Of a stretch of DNA of 64,000 nt, positions 40,549 to 50,095 are shown in pieces. The position numbers and the translations under genes are program-made. The DNA comes from Armatimonadota bacterium. Its GTDB lineage: Bacteria; Armatimonadota; SYMT01. The DNA lies in NCBI GenBank assembly GCA_041690135.1, contig JAWLHY010000014.1, forward strand, positions 1 to 64,000. The letters run 5' to 3'. Position 1 is the stretch's first letter, and each line of letters begins with the position of its first letter. The notes beneath the pieces were generated by a model that searched no databases, had not been told where the DNA came from, and was given only the letters and a program-made list of their open reading frames with translations.

Positions 40549-42774
40549 ATGGAGAGTACCCTTAACCGCGTTCATCGCCGGTTTGTCGTCCCGGTACTCA
40601 CGGTTCTGCTACTGACCGCGGGCTCGTTGGCCCGTGCCTCCGTCACCGCCCCTTCCGTTTCCGCGAGGGCCAATCCCCGGCCCAATATTCTGGTGATCCT
40701 CTCGGACGACATGGGCTACTCCGATATCGGGTGCTACGGGGGCGAGATCCGCACCCCCAACCTGGATCGCCTCGCAAAGAACGGGCTGCGGTTCACCCAG
40801 TTCTACAATACCGCTCGTTGCTGCCCCACCCGCGCCAGCCTCCTCAGCGGTCTCTACCCCCACCAGGCCGGCGTTGGGCACATGATGGACGACCGCGGCC
40901 ACGACGGCTACCGGGGAGAGCTGAACCGGCGCAGCGTCACGATCGCCGAAGCGCTGAAGCCTGCCGGCTACCGCACCTATATGACCGGCAAGTGGCACAT
41001 CACCAAGGCGACCCGGCCGGAAGGTCCTAAGGACAACTGGCCCCGCCAGCGCGGCTTCGACCGGTTCTACGGCACGATCACCGGGGCCGGCAGCTTCTAT
41101 GACCCGGGCACCCTCACCCGCGACAACACCGCCGTCTCCGCCTATGCGGACCCGGAGTACCGGCCGAAGCGGTACTACTACACGGACGCCATCAGCGATC
41201 ACGCCATCCGCTACCTGCGGGAACACCGGCAATCCGACCCGGCGAACCCCTTCTTCATGTACGTCGCCTACACGGCGGCCCACTGGCCAATGCACGCGCT
41301 GGAGGAGGACATCGCCCGCTACCGCGGCCGGTACGACCAGGGCTACGCGCCGGTGCGCCGGGCCCGGTTCGAGCGCATGAAGAAGCTGGACCTGATCGAC
41401 CGCAGCTCGCCGATGAGCGCCATCGTGGGCGAATGGAGCGGGGTGGACAACAAGGCGTGGGAAAGCCGCTGCATGGAGGTGTACGCCGCCATGGTGGATC
41501 GGATGGACCAAGGCATCGGGCGGATCGTGGAGACTCTGAAGGCGACCGGCCAACTCGAGAACACCCTCATCCTCTACATGCAGGACAACGGCGGCTGCGC
41601 CGAAACGGTCGGGCGCAGCGGTAACCAGGCCCGTGCGGAGCGGCCCACCCTCCCCGCCATGCGGCCCGAAGAGCTGATGGGCGGGATTCGACCCTCGCAG
41701 ACCCGCAGCGGTTATCCGGTGCTCACCGGCACCGGCGTGATGCCCGGCCCGGACGACACCTACATTGCCTACGGCGAGGGCTGGGCGAACGTCTCCAACA
41801 CCCCCTTTCGCGAGTACAAGCACTGGGTCCACGAAGGCGGCATCTCCACCCCGCTGATTGCGCACTGGCCCCGCGGCATCCGCAAGGCCCAGCGGAACCG
41901 GCTGGTCACCGATCCCGGCCACCTCATCGACGTGATGGCGACCTGCATCGACCTCTCCGGGGTCGCTTATCCCCGGGAGCGCAATGGGCAGGCAATCACG
42001 CCACCGGAAGGGATCAGCCTGCGCCCGGCGTTCGAGGGCCGTCCGCTCTCCCGGCCAAAGCCGATCTTCTGGGAGCACGAGGGGAACCGGGCCGTCCGGG
42101 TGGGCTCCTGGAAGCTGGTAGCCAAAGGGGAAAAGGGCCCCTGGGAGCTGTATGACCTCACCACCGACCGCACCGAGCAGCAGGATCTGGCCGCGCGTCA
42201 TCCGGAGCGGGTGAAGGAGATGGCCGCGCAGTGGCAGGCCTGGGCCGAGCGGTCTATGGTGCTGCCGCTCAACCCTCGCCCGGCGGGACGGGCAGCGGAA
42301 ACCTTCAGCACCCGGAAACGGTTCGAGTTGAAGGGCGGGGACGAGCTGCCCCGCGAGCAAGCCCCCAACGTCAGGGGTAAAGGGTTCGCACTCACGCTCG
42401 AAATCACCGCACCGGGCGAAGAGGGGGTGCTGGTCGCGCAGGGTGGCTCGGCCGAAGGCTACGCGCTCTACGTCCAGGCGGGGAAGCCGGTGTTCGCCAT
42501 GCGGCACGGCGGAAAGCTGACCCAACTGGCCGCGCCGGACCGCCTGCCCGCGGGACCGGTCCGGCTCATCCTATCGCTCAATTCGGACGGCACGGTTAGC
42601 CTTCGCTCTGGGGACCGGGAGCTCGTTTCCGGGAAAGTGCCGGGCCCCCTCGGCCGGATGCCCGTCGACGGCCTCCAGGTCGGCCGCGACACGACGGGAG
42701 CGGTAGGCCCTTACACGGCCCCATTTCCCTTCACCGGGAGGATCGGCCGGGTAGTGCTGACAGTCACGGAATAG
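40549..42774 (+). CDS. Arylsulfatase with a C-terminal LamG/ConA-like extension
   Basis: PNILVILSDDMGYSD, CCPTR, GKWH, DNG, HEGG; C-terminal GVLVAQGG...YTAPFPFTG. Confidence 0.94.
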   Translation: MESTLNRVHRRFVVPVLTVLLLTAGSLARASVTAPSVSARANPRPNILVILSDDMGYSDIGCYGGEIRTPNLDRLAKNGLRFTQFYNTARCCPTRASLLSGLYPHQAGVGHMMDDRGHDGYRGELNRRSVTIAEALKPAGYRTYMTGKWHITKATRPEGPKDNWPRQRGFDRFYGTITGAGSFYDPGTLTRDNTAVSAYADPEYRPKRYYYTDAISDHAIRYLREHRQSDPANPFFMYVAYTAAHWPMHALEEDIARYRGRYDQGYAPVRRARFERMKKLDLIDRSSPMSAIVGEWSGVDNKAWESRCMEVYAAMVDRMDQGIGRIVETLKATGQLENTLILYMQDNGGCAETVGRSGNQARAERPTLPAMRPEELMGGIRPSQTRSGYPVLTGTGVMPGPDDTYIAYGEGWANVSNTPFREYKHWVHEGGISTPLIAHWPRGIRKAQRNRLVTDPGHLIDVMATCIDLSGVAYPRERNGQAITPPEGISLRPAFEGRPLSRPKPIFWEHEGNRAVRVGSWKLVAKGEKGPWELYDLTTDRTEQQDLAARHPERVKEMAAQWQAWAERSMVLPLNPRPAGRAAETFSTRKRFELKGGDELPREQAPNVRGKGFALTLEITAPGEEGVLVAQGGSAEGYALYVQAGKPVFAMRHGGKLTQLAAPDRLPAGPVRLILSLNSDGTVSLRSGDRELVSGKVPGPLGRMPVDGLQVGRDTTGAVGPYTAPFPFTGRIGRVVLTVTE

Positions 42775-42794
42775 GCCGGACGGCTCACACCCGG

Positions 42795-43285
42795 TCTACT
42801 ACGGGGAAGATCCCCCAGTTTCTTGCTGGGTTGTGTAGGCTTGCTCCGGGTGATTGGGTTCGTCCGGATAGCGGCGAATCAAGAGGCGATCCTGGACCAT
42901 GGGGGTCAGGACCTTTTCACGCAGTTTCACAGGTTCGCGACCCATCAGTTCCCCCAAGTCAGTTGCTGTGAGATAGCGCCCCTTGCAAAGATCAGTAATG
43001 ACTGCACGAATCGAGGCGGGAGATAGGCGCGGGGATGTGCGAGCTGGATGGGCGAGTTGAAGTAATTTTTTCCATTCCAGGTCGTCTCGGGTTTCCGTAG
43101 GGGGGAGTTCCCGGCATTAGGGGGGAGGCCCCGGCGTTAGGGGGGACTCCCCGGCGTTAGGGGAGTCCCCGGCGTTAGGGGGAGTCCCTACGTGCTGGTA
43201 CCGGCAATCTGTAGGAAGTGCCACGACCGTGGCCCTCTTTGCAGAGGAAGCTCCGGGCGACCAACCGCTGAAGCACCTGAGTTAG
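42795..43285 (-). pseudogene. 5'-truncated C-terminal fragment of a wHTH protein (RecG-C/ATP-binding regulator or Fic-like C-terminal type) with a 7-aa repeat linker
   Basis: Manual translation gives LTQVLQRLVARSFLCKEGHGRGTSYRL, then frameshifted xSPPNAG-type repeats, then LEWKKLLQLA...LCKGRYLTATDLGELMGREPVKLREKVLTPMVQDRLLIRRYPDEPNHPEQAY; no start codon. Confidence 0.7.
43098..43190. repeat. Five tandem 18-20 bp repeats with variable G runs
   Basis: TAG(G)nAGTCCCCGGCGT-type units. Confidence 0.9.
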
Positions 43286-43325
43286 CGGGGACGGGCCCCC
43301 TCCTTATCCTTATCCGGCTCTTAAT

Positions 43326-44426
43326 CTATTCGGGTCTAGATTCCAGGGCGGCGGTGAGCTTCCAATCCATCCACCGCCGCCGATGGGGATCGAAGCGCCA
43401 GTAGATGCCGTCGACGGCGCCGCGGAGGGTAGTTCGGGTGCCGTAGTCGAGGACCGCCTCGAAAGCGCCCTCGAAGAGGTCGTAGTCATTCTCGGTCTTT
43501 GCCATCTTGATCCGGCCGCTGAGGATCGCCTGCTGCTTCCCGGCGGGCTTCAGGGTGAGGGTGCCTTTGACGACGCCGAACGGATGGAGCTGCTCGTTGA
43601 CGCCGGGCGGGAAACAGAGGCGGAGCCAGCGCGACAGGCGGGAAGCCTCGACCTTGCGGGGCGACTCGGGAAAGGCGAGGGTCTTCCACTCCTCCTGGTT
43701 CTCGACGGTTTCGACGACCGGGTAACCATAGGCGCCCTCGCGACCAGGCACACGGATGAAGAGGCGAACGCCGTCTTTCACCTCCGGCAGCTTCAGGGCG
43801 GGCACCACCCTTGGCAGCTTGAGCCCGGCGACGCCGCGGGCGATCTCACCGGTGAAGTACTCCACGTAAGCGTCCGGCGAGAAGCCGAGCGGGTTGCCGG
43901 CGTTGCCGGGGAAACCGTTGAAGCTATGCCGGAGGGTGCCGTCCGGACCCAGGATGAAGCAGCGGACGTTGGAGCCGCCGCGCTGCGAAGCCTGGTAGAG
44001 GGGTAGCAGGTCCGCGGGGATCGGCTCCTGGTTCGCCTGGCCCCAGAAGGCGACGATGAACGGCTTCAGGGCCTCCACGACCCGGGGTTGAGAGAGGGAA
44101 CTCCCCCTCACGTGCATCGAGTTCGCTCAACAGTGACCGCCGCGTAAGTCGCCAGCGTCCTCCAGTTGGGTCGTGGCGACGAAAAGGACCGGACGGTTCT
44201 CCTTCGCGGCGCGGGTTTTCGCCTCTTTCAGGGAGCCGGCCCAGTCCAGCTTGAAGATCTGGAGATCGCGGTCCGCCGGGCGCGCGGACCGGTAGGCGGC
44301 TAAAACTCGCGCCACGTCCGGATGGGATGCGGTGGACGGCGGGGCGGGTGCAGCGGCGGTGGTGACCGCCGCGAGGGTGAGCAGCAAGGAGCCGACAAGC
44401 CGTGGCAGAGTTCTGGACATGGACAC
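43326..44426 (-). CDS. Putative selenoprotein: secreted thioredoxin-fold protein with a Cys-Sec motif (SELENON-like)
   Basis: ORFs 44127-44426 and 43326-44117 share a frame and are separated only by TGA (44127-44129) after TGT: LRGGHC-U-ANSMHVRGSSLSQPRVVEAL; upstream WAGSLKEAKTRAAKENRPVLFV is a Trx-like lead-in. Confidence 0.8.
44089..44126 (-). promoter_or_regulatory. Candidate bacterial SECIS hairpin
   Basis: UGAGGGGGAGUUCCCUCUCUCA starting 16 nt after the UGA; can fold with a G-initiated apical loop about 23 nt from the UGA. Confidence 0.5.
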
Positions 44427-44656
44427 CTCCCGTGTTCGCTATCCCCTAGACGGTGGCCGGAAGGGGGTAGTTCGGCGTGTTGCGCTACCAGCATCGGTCT
44501 CCTCCTGCCCTGGGTCCTCTCCCATCACGGCTCCGCCCCGGCGTTCGGCTCCGCCCCGTCGCCACGATCATTCAGGACGTTCTGAGTATCCTGATCTACT
44601 TTGGCGTCGTTCAACTACTACTGGGTTAACGGACGCCACTGGCAAGAGTTAAGGAA

Positions 44657-45154
44657 ATGCGGATGCAGCGTTCGCATCTGATCATCGTGGGAACGACCGG
44701 TCTCCTGCTGCTCGGAGTGCTCCTGGAACTGGTGCGCCACTTCCTCAATGGCGATGTGGCGGCCCTGGCGGGGGCATTATGCCTCGCCATAATTCCCCTT
44801 CTCGGCATGTCCGCCTACTGGTACTGGGACATGGAACAGAACCCGGTCGCCCAGGAGCTCTCGGACACGGATATGGACGCCTATGTCCACCAGTGGGTCT
44901 ATCCGCGGGTCCGGCCCTACGTCGTTCCGGCGGTCTTCGGGCAGACCGTACTCATTGGGCTCTGGATCGGCGCGCATGCAAACCGGACGCTGCTGATTGC
45001 CGCTGTCTTCTATGCTGTGTGGTTCGCGATTGGCCGTGTCTTCAAAACTGGGCCAAGGCCGAATGTGGCAGCCCTTTCCCTTGCGACTCTCGCGGTGGCC
45101 GCGATGCTGGGGCGGGGCCTGGCACAGTGGCTGGGGGCGGCACCGGGGTACTAA
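44657..45154 (+). CDS. Membrane protein (about 5 TM)
   Basis: AAGGA RBS; multiple hydrophobic helices. Confidence 0.75.
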   Translation: MRMQRSHLIIVGTTGLLLLGVLLELVRHFLNGDVAALAGALCLAIIPLLGMSAYWYWDMEQNPVAQELSDTDMDAYVHQWVYPRVRPYVVPAVFGQTVLIGLWIGAHANRTLLIAAVFYAVWFAIGRVFKTGPRPNVAALSLATLAVAAMLGRGLAQWLGAAPGY

Positions 45155-45200
45155 AGGGTCCACCCACCGGCAGCCGTGGCTGCCGGTGGATGGGACCTTT
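45153..45200. terminator. Long near-perfect hairpin, bidirectional terminator-like
   Basis: AAAGGGTCCACCCACCGGCAGCC-GT-GGCTGCCGGTGGATGGGACCTTT. Confidence 0.7.
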
Positions 45201-45484
45201 GTTTATCTGCAGGGCGCGCAAATGAGATCTACTATAGGTCCCCAAAAGTCCACCGTCTTGCACAACGGGATCAGCACCATGACAACGGAACGCTGCGGCG
45301 AGACGTTCCCTACCGTTTCGGCTCCCAGATCAACGTGCCGGCACCCATTGCCAGGGGGTGACCTGGGGTTCTCCTCCGGTAGGGAATGTGACGCTGTTCC
45401 ATTCCGCAGTTTCCGAATCCGATCCCGCTCCGCCAAACCGTGTGAACTCCCGGACCTCAGACCTTACCGCACTGCGTGACGGGA

Positions 45485-47848
45485 TCAGCCCGAACCGCCA
45501 GCCGCGGTGACTCCACTCCGGGCGGACTCGAGCAGCAGGCGCTGTTCGGCGGCGGCGATGATCCGGCGGGTGCGGCCCAATACGTCCGGGTTGACCGAGA
45601 TGGAGTTGATGCCCCACTGGACCAGCTTCTCGGTGATCTCGGGGTAGACGGAAGGCGCCTGCCCGCAGATGGAGCAGGTGATGCCGTGCTCCCGGCAGGA
45701 CCGGATGATGTCGTGGATGGCGCCCATCACGGCGGGGTCCCGTTCGTCGAAGAGGGTCGCCAGGGTCTGGCTGTCCCGGTCCACGCCGAGCATCAACTGG
45801 GTGAGGTCGTTGGAACCGATGGAGACTCCCGTTACTCCTTCCTGCACGTACCGGGGCAGCCAGTAGAGGATCGACGGCACCTCCGCCATCACCCAGTAGC
45901 CGAAGTTGGGATCGTCCGTGAGCCCCACCTCGTCCATCAGCCGGCGACACGCGCGGAGTTCCGACAGGGTGCGCACGAACGGGAGCATCAGGATGAGGTT
46001 ATAGAGGCCCTGTTCGTCGCGGACCTTCTTGAACGCTTCCAGCTCCAGGCGGAACAGGTCCGGCTCCCGGATGTACCGGTAGGCGCCGCGGTAGCCGATC
46101 ATCGGGTTCGCCTCTTTCGGCTCGAACTCTGCCCCGCCGACCATGTCGCGGTACTCGTTGGTCCGGAAATCCGTGGTCCGCGCGACGACGGGTCGCGGCG
46201 CGAAGGCGCGGGCGAAGCGGCCCAGGTGCTCGGCCAGCCCGTCCCGGAATTCCTGGCCGCGCCCCTCGTTGATCAGCTTGCGCGGGTGGGTGTTATTGGT
46301 GGCGGAGAGGACCAGGAACTCGATCCGCAGCAGGCCCACGCCGTCCACATCTTCTCGCGCGACCTTGTCCGCCAGCTCGGGCTGCCCGAGATTGACGTAT
46401 AGCCGCGTAGCGGTGACCGGCGCCGGTGCCGCGGCGGCGCCGACCGGCGCGGCGGGTTCGGCAGCCCGCTGGGAACCCGCGAGGCGACCCCGGTAGACCA
46501 CGCCTTCCGCGGCATCCACGGTGATGACCTCTCCGTCCGGAATCCGCCGCGTGCCTTCCTGCGTCCCCACGACGCAGGGAATCCCCAGCTCCCGGGAGAC
46601 GATCGCCGCGTGCGCCGTCATCCCGCCTTCGTCGGTGACGATGGCGGAGGCCTTCTTCATCAGGGGCACCCAGTCCGGCTCCGTCTTGCGGGTGATGAGC
46701 ACATCGCCCGGCTGCAGCCGCTCGCTGTCGGCAAGGGATTGCAGCAGGCGCGCCGTGCCGCCGGCCAGGCCCGGAGAGGCGCCGAGCCCTCGCACCAGGA
46801 CTTCCGCTTCTTCCCGTTCCACTTCCGCCTGGGCGCCGCCCACCGCGGTGACGGGCCGGGACTGCACGATGGAGATCCGACCGTCCACCACCGCCCACTC
46901 GATATCCTGGGGGCAGCCGTAATGCGCTTCGATCTGCTTTCCGAACCCGGCGATTTTGCGGACCAGCTCCTCCGTGAGGCAGGGGCGCCGCGCTTCCTCT
47001 CCGGCCACCTCGCGCCGCTGGTTCTCCCCGCGCTCGTCCCGGTAGGCGATGACGTGCTTCTCGGCCAGCCGCTCCCGGGTGAGGTGGAGCGTGTTCTTAT
47101 CGACTTCCCAGTGGTCCGGGCTCACCGCGCCGCTGACCACGGTATCTCCCAGCCCGAAGGCGCCCTCGATCACCAGGGTCTTGCGGTCGCCGTTTGCGGG
47201 GTTTACGGTAAACATCACCCCGGCGGACTCGGAGTCGACCATCGCCTGGACGACCACCGCGATTGCGATCTTCTCCTCCGGAATGCCCTGCTTCCGGCGG
47301 TAGAAGAGCACCCGCGCGCCGTAAAGGGATTTCCAGCAATCCCGGACCGCCTCCAGCAGGGCTTCCTCGCCGCGCACGTTCAGGATCGTCTCGTTCATCC
47401 CCGCGAACGAGGTGCCCGGCATATCCTCGGCCGTGGCGCTCGACCGCACCGCGACGAATGGCTCGTTGACTTCACAGCGCTTACCCAGCTCCCGGTACGC
47501 CCCGAGGAGGGCCTTCCGGATCTCTTCCGGGAAGGGCGCCCCCGCAACGCTCTCCTGAAGCTCGAGCGCCGTCCTGGAGAGGGCCGGTGTGTGGTCCACG
47601 TCCAACTGCTCGACCGTTTCGAGAATGCGGTCCCGGAGGCCGGCCTCCGCGAGGAAGGTGCGGAACGCCTCCGCCGTGGCCACGAACGCGGGGGGGACCG
47701 GCATCCCGAACGACAGCAACTCGCCCAGGTTCGCGCCTTTCCCACCGACGAGGTCCGTATCACCGGCGGAGAGCTCCTCCAGCCAGCGGACGCCGGTATC
47801 GGCCAGGACTTCGCGGGATCGATCCAGGGAAAGGGTGGGAGTGCTCAT
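45485..47848 (-). CDS. ppsA: Phosphoenolpyruvate synthase (pyruvate, water dikinase)
   Basis: VGGKGANLGEL, VAVRSSATAED, SFAG, GGMTAHAAIVSRELG phospho-His motif, EANPMIGYRG, SIGSNDLTQL, CGQAPS. Confidence 0.96.
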   Translation of the reverse strand: MSTPTLSLDRSREVLADTGVRWLEELSAGDTDLVGGKGANLGELLSFGMPVPPAFVATAEAFRTFLAEAGLRDRILETVEQLDVDHTPALSRTALELQESVAGAPFPEEIRKALLGAYRELGKRCEVNEPFVAVRSSATAEDMPGTSFAGMNETILNVRGEEALLEAVRDCWKSLYGARVLFYRRKQGIPEEKIAIAVVVQAMVDSESAGVMFTVNPANGDRKTLVIEGAFGLGDTVVSGAVSPDHWEVDKNTLHLTRERLAEKHVIAYRDERGENQRREVAGEEARRPCLTEELVRKIAGFGKQIEAHYGCPQDIEWAVVDGRISIVQSRPVTAVGGAQAEVEREEAEVLVRGLGASPGLAGGTARLLQSLADSERLQPGDVLITRKTEPDWVPLMKKASAIVTDEGGMTAHAAIVSRELGIPCVVGTQEGTRRIPDGEVITVDAAEGVVYRGRLAGSQRAAEPAAPVGAAAAPAPVTATRLYVNLGQPELADKVAREDVDGVGLLRIEFLVLSATNNTHPRKLINEGRGQEFRDGLAEHLGRFARAFAPRPVVARTTDFRTNEYRDMVGGAEFEPKEANPMIGYRGAYRYIREPDLFRLELEAFKKVRDEQGLYNLILMLPFVRTLSELRACRRLMDEVGLTDDPNFGYWVMAEVPSILYWLPRYVQEGVTGVSIGSNDLTQLMLGVDRDSQTLATLFDERDPAVMGAIHDIIRSCREHGITCSICGQAPSVYPEITEKLVQWGINSISVNPDVLGRTRRIIAAAEQRLLLESARSGVTAAGGSG

Positions 47849-47960
47849 CGGGGTACCTCCATCACGCACAGGGTCGGACCGGTTCTGAAACTTGCGGAAC
47901 GGCCGCGCCGTTCCAGAACCAGCGTTCCCCGCCCCTGCGGAGGTGAACCGATGACTTTTG

Positions 47961-49451
47961 CTATGCCAGGATGTCGCGGATGACGTGGCCGTGGACGTCC
48001 GTGAGGCGGCGCTGGATGCCGTTGTGGTAGTAGGTCAGCTTCTCGTGGTCGAAGCCGAGGAGGTGGAGCACGGTGGCGTGGAAGTCGTACAGGGTGGTGA
48101 CGTTTTCCACGGCGCGGTGGCCGAACTCGTCCGTAGCGCCGTAGCTCATCCCCGGCTTGAGTCCCGCGCCGGACATGAAAACGGTGAAACCGAGCTGGTT
48201 GTGATCTCGGCCCGGCTTCCCCTTGCCCTGGCTGAAGGGGGTACGGCCAAACTCCGTGACCCAGAGGAACAGGGTGTCCTCCAGCATGCCCCGCTGCTTC
48301 AGGTCGCGGATGAGGGCCGCGACGGGCTGGTCCATGATCCGGGCTTCCTGGGTGTGGTTCTGCAGCACGTTCTCGTGGGCGTCCCAATTGACCCGGGGCT
48401 TCATGGCGCTGCCGCCCTGGTAGAGCTGCACGAACTTGACGCCTCGCTCCAGTAGGCGGCGGGCCAGCAGGCAGTTCCTGGCGAACGGTCCGCTGATCGG
48501 GTCGTCGAGGCCGTAGAGCCGCTGCGTGGCGGGCGACTCGCGGGAGAAGTCGATCGCCTCCGGCACGCTCGACTGCATCCGGGCGGCGAGCTCGTAGGCG
48601 GCGATCCGGGCGCGCAGGTCGGAGTTGCCGGGTCGCCGCTGGCTGTGGCTCTCGTTCAGAACCCGCAGCAGGGAGAGGGCTTCTCCCTGCTCATCCGGGG
48701 TGATCCCTTGCGGCGGGAAGAGATCCACCACGGGCGCTCCCTTCGTACGGAGGGCGGTTCCCTGGTGGCGCGCCGGTAGAAAACCGGAGCTCCAGTTGGT
48801 GGCGCCTCCCGCCGGGACACCGCGCGGATCCGGGAGCACTACGAAGAACGGCAGGTTCTCGGAAGCGTGCCCCAGCGCGTAGGAGAACCAGGCACCCAGG
48901 CAGGGATAGCCGTTGCGGATGAAGCCGCTGTTCATCTGGAACTGGGCGGGACCGTGGTTGGCGCTCTTCGCCGTCATCCCGTGCAGGAAGGTGAGGTCGT
49001 CCACGCACTCCGCCAGGTGCGGCAGCAACGAGCTGCAGTAGAGGCCGCTCTTCCCGTGGCGCCGGAACTCCCACGGGCTCTTCATCAGGTTGCCGACCTT
49101 GCCGTTGAAGGTGTCGATGCGGTCCCCGCCTGGCATCTCCTCCCCGTGCCGCTTCCACAGCTCCGGCTTGTAGTCGAAGGTGTCCACCTGGCTCGCCCCG
49201 CCGGTGAGGAAGACCTGTACCACCCGCTTTGCCTGGGGGCGGTGGTGGAGGGGGGAAGGGGGAGAGGGGAGGGTGGAGGGTGGAGAGGAGAGGGGGGAGG
49301 GTGTGGAGGGGGCGGCGTGGGATTCCTGGGCCAGGAGGCAGGGGATCACCGTTCCGAGCAGGCCCAGGCCCGCCTCGGACAGCAGATCCCGCCGGGAGCG
49401 TGTCGTGGCTCCGGTCTTCTCGCTCAGCTCTGATTTGCCTCGGTTTTTCAT
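47961..49451 (-). CDS. DUF1501 domain protein (Tat-exported)
   Basis: SRRDLL; AKRVVQVFLTGGASQVDTFDYKP; YELAARMQ; ARRLLERGV; EFGRTP; GRDH. Confidence 0.94.
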   Translation of the reverse strand: MKNRGKSELSEKTGATTRSRRDLLSEAGLGLLGTVIPCLLAQESHAAPSTPSPLSSPPSTLPSPPSPLHHRPQAKRVVQVFLTGGASQVDTFDYKPELWKRHGEEMPGGDRIDTFNGKVGNLMKSPWEFRRHGKSGLYCSSLLPHLAECVDDLTFLHGMTAKSANHGPAQFQMNSGFIRNGYPCLGAWFSYALGHASENLPFFVVLPDPRGVPAGGATNWSSGFLPARHQGTALRTKGAPVVDLFPPQGITPDEQGEALSLLRVLNESHSQRRPGNSDLRARIAAYELAARMQSSVPEAIDFSRESPATQRLYGLDDPISGPFARNCLLARRLLERGVKFVQLYQGGSAMKPRVNWDAHENVLQNHTQEARIMDQPVAALIRDLKQRGMLEDTLFLWVTEFGRTPFSQGKGKPGRDHNQLGFTVFMSGAGLKPGMSYGATDEFGHRAVENVTTLYDFHATVLHLLGFDHEKLTYYHNGIQRRLTDVHGHVIRDILA

Positions 49452-49466
49452 CTCCACCCGTCTCCT

Positions 49467-49635
49467 CCCCGGATTGAAATCCGGGGCTGACTGACGCAGC
49501 CGGCCCCGTTCTCCTCCCCGAATCAAAACGCGGGGTAGCGCGACCAAAGTCCGTCGCCGTCCCGTCCCCGGATTGAAATCCGGGGCTGACTGACCGAAGT
49601 CCGCACCCCCTCGGGGCGTAAACCTGCGCGGACTC
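49467..49635. repeat. Two REP-like elements, the second carrying a 19-nt insert
   Basis: CCCCGGATTGAAATCCGGGGCTGACTGAC at 49467 and 49566; followed by AAGTCCG[CACCCCCTCGGGGCGTAAA]CCTGCGCGGACT. Confidence 0.88.
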
Positions 49636-50023
49636 GGAATGTCCATTGTGAGGCCCGGTTCCCGGCTGGGAAGAGCCTCGCCGAATACGGCTGTCAGCCC
49701 TGCTTCGCCGGGACTGGACGCCAGTCCGGCACCCCTTGCGATCACCGCCTCAGAACCCGCTGCTGGAAATCGGAAGGGATATCCGAGCCCTCACGGAGTC
49801 CCGTCCTCAGACGGTGATTTGCGAAGACCGTGACGGGACCCCGACACCGGTTAACAAACGCTGTCCATGGCCATGGAAGTTTGCGGTCGGTGCTGGCGGG
49901 TCGCGTCTACAGGCTCGCGAGCCTACCGTCTGAAGACGGGACTCCGAGCGCGCGCCGCGTTGTTTAGCTACTGTGAAACAGCGTCCACGCATTCCACCAT
50001 CGCCATGGGAGCGACTCCACAGC

Positions 50024-50063
50024 CCTCAACCTGCCAACTTTCCAACCTGCAAACCTGCCAACT
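50024..50063. repeat. Octamer tandem repeat (CAACCTGC)
   Basis: CTCAACCTGCCAACTTTCCAACCTGCAAACCTGCCAACTC. Confidence 0.75.
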
Positions 50064-50095
50064 CAGCACCCACTTCCGCCAAACAGGCCCTACCC

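Noticed and set aside
43098-43190. Possible mini-CRISPR array
   Set aside because: The repeats are contiguous with no unique spacers, no cas genes are present, and they fit a coding 7-aa repeat
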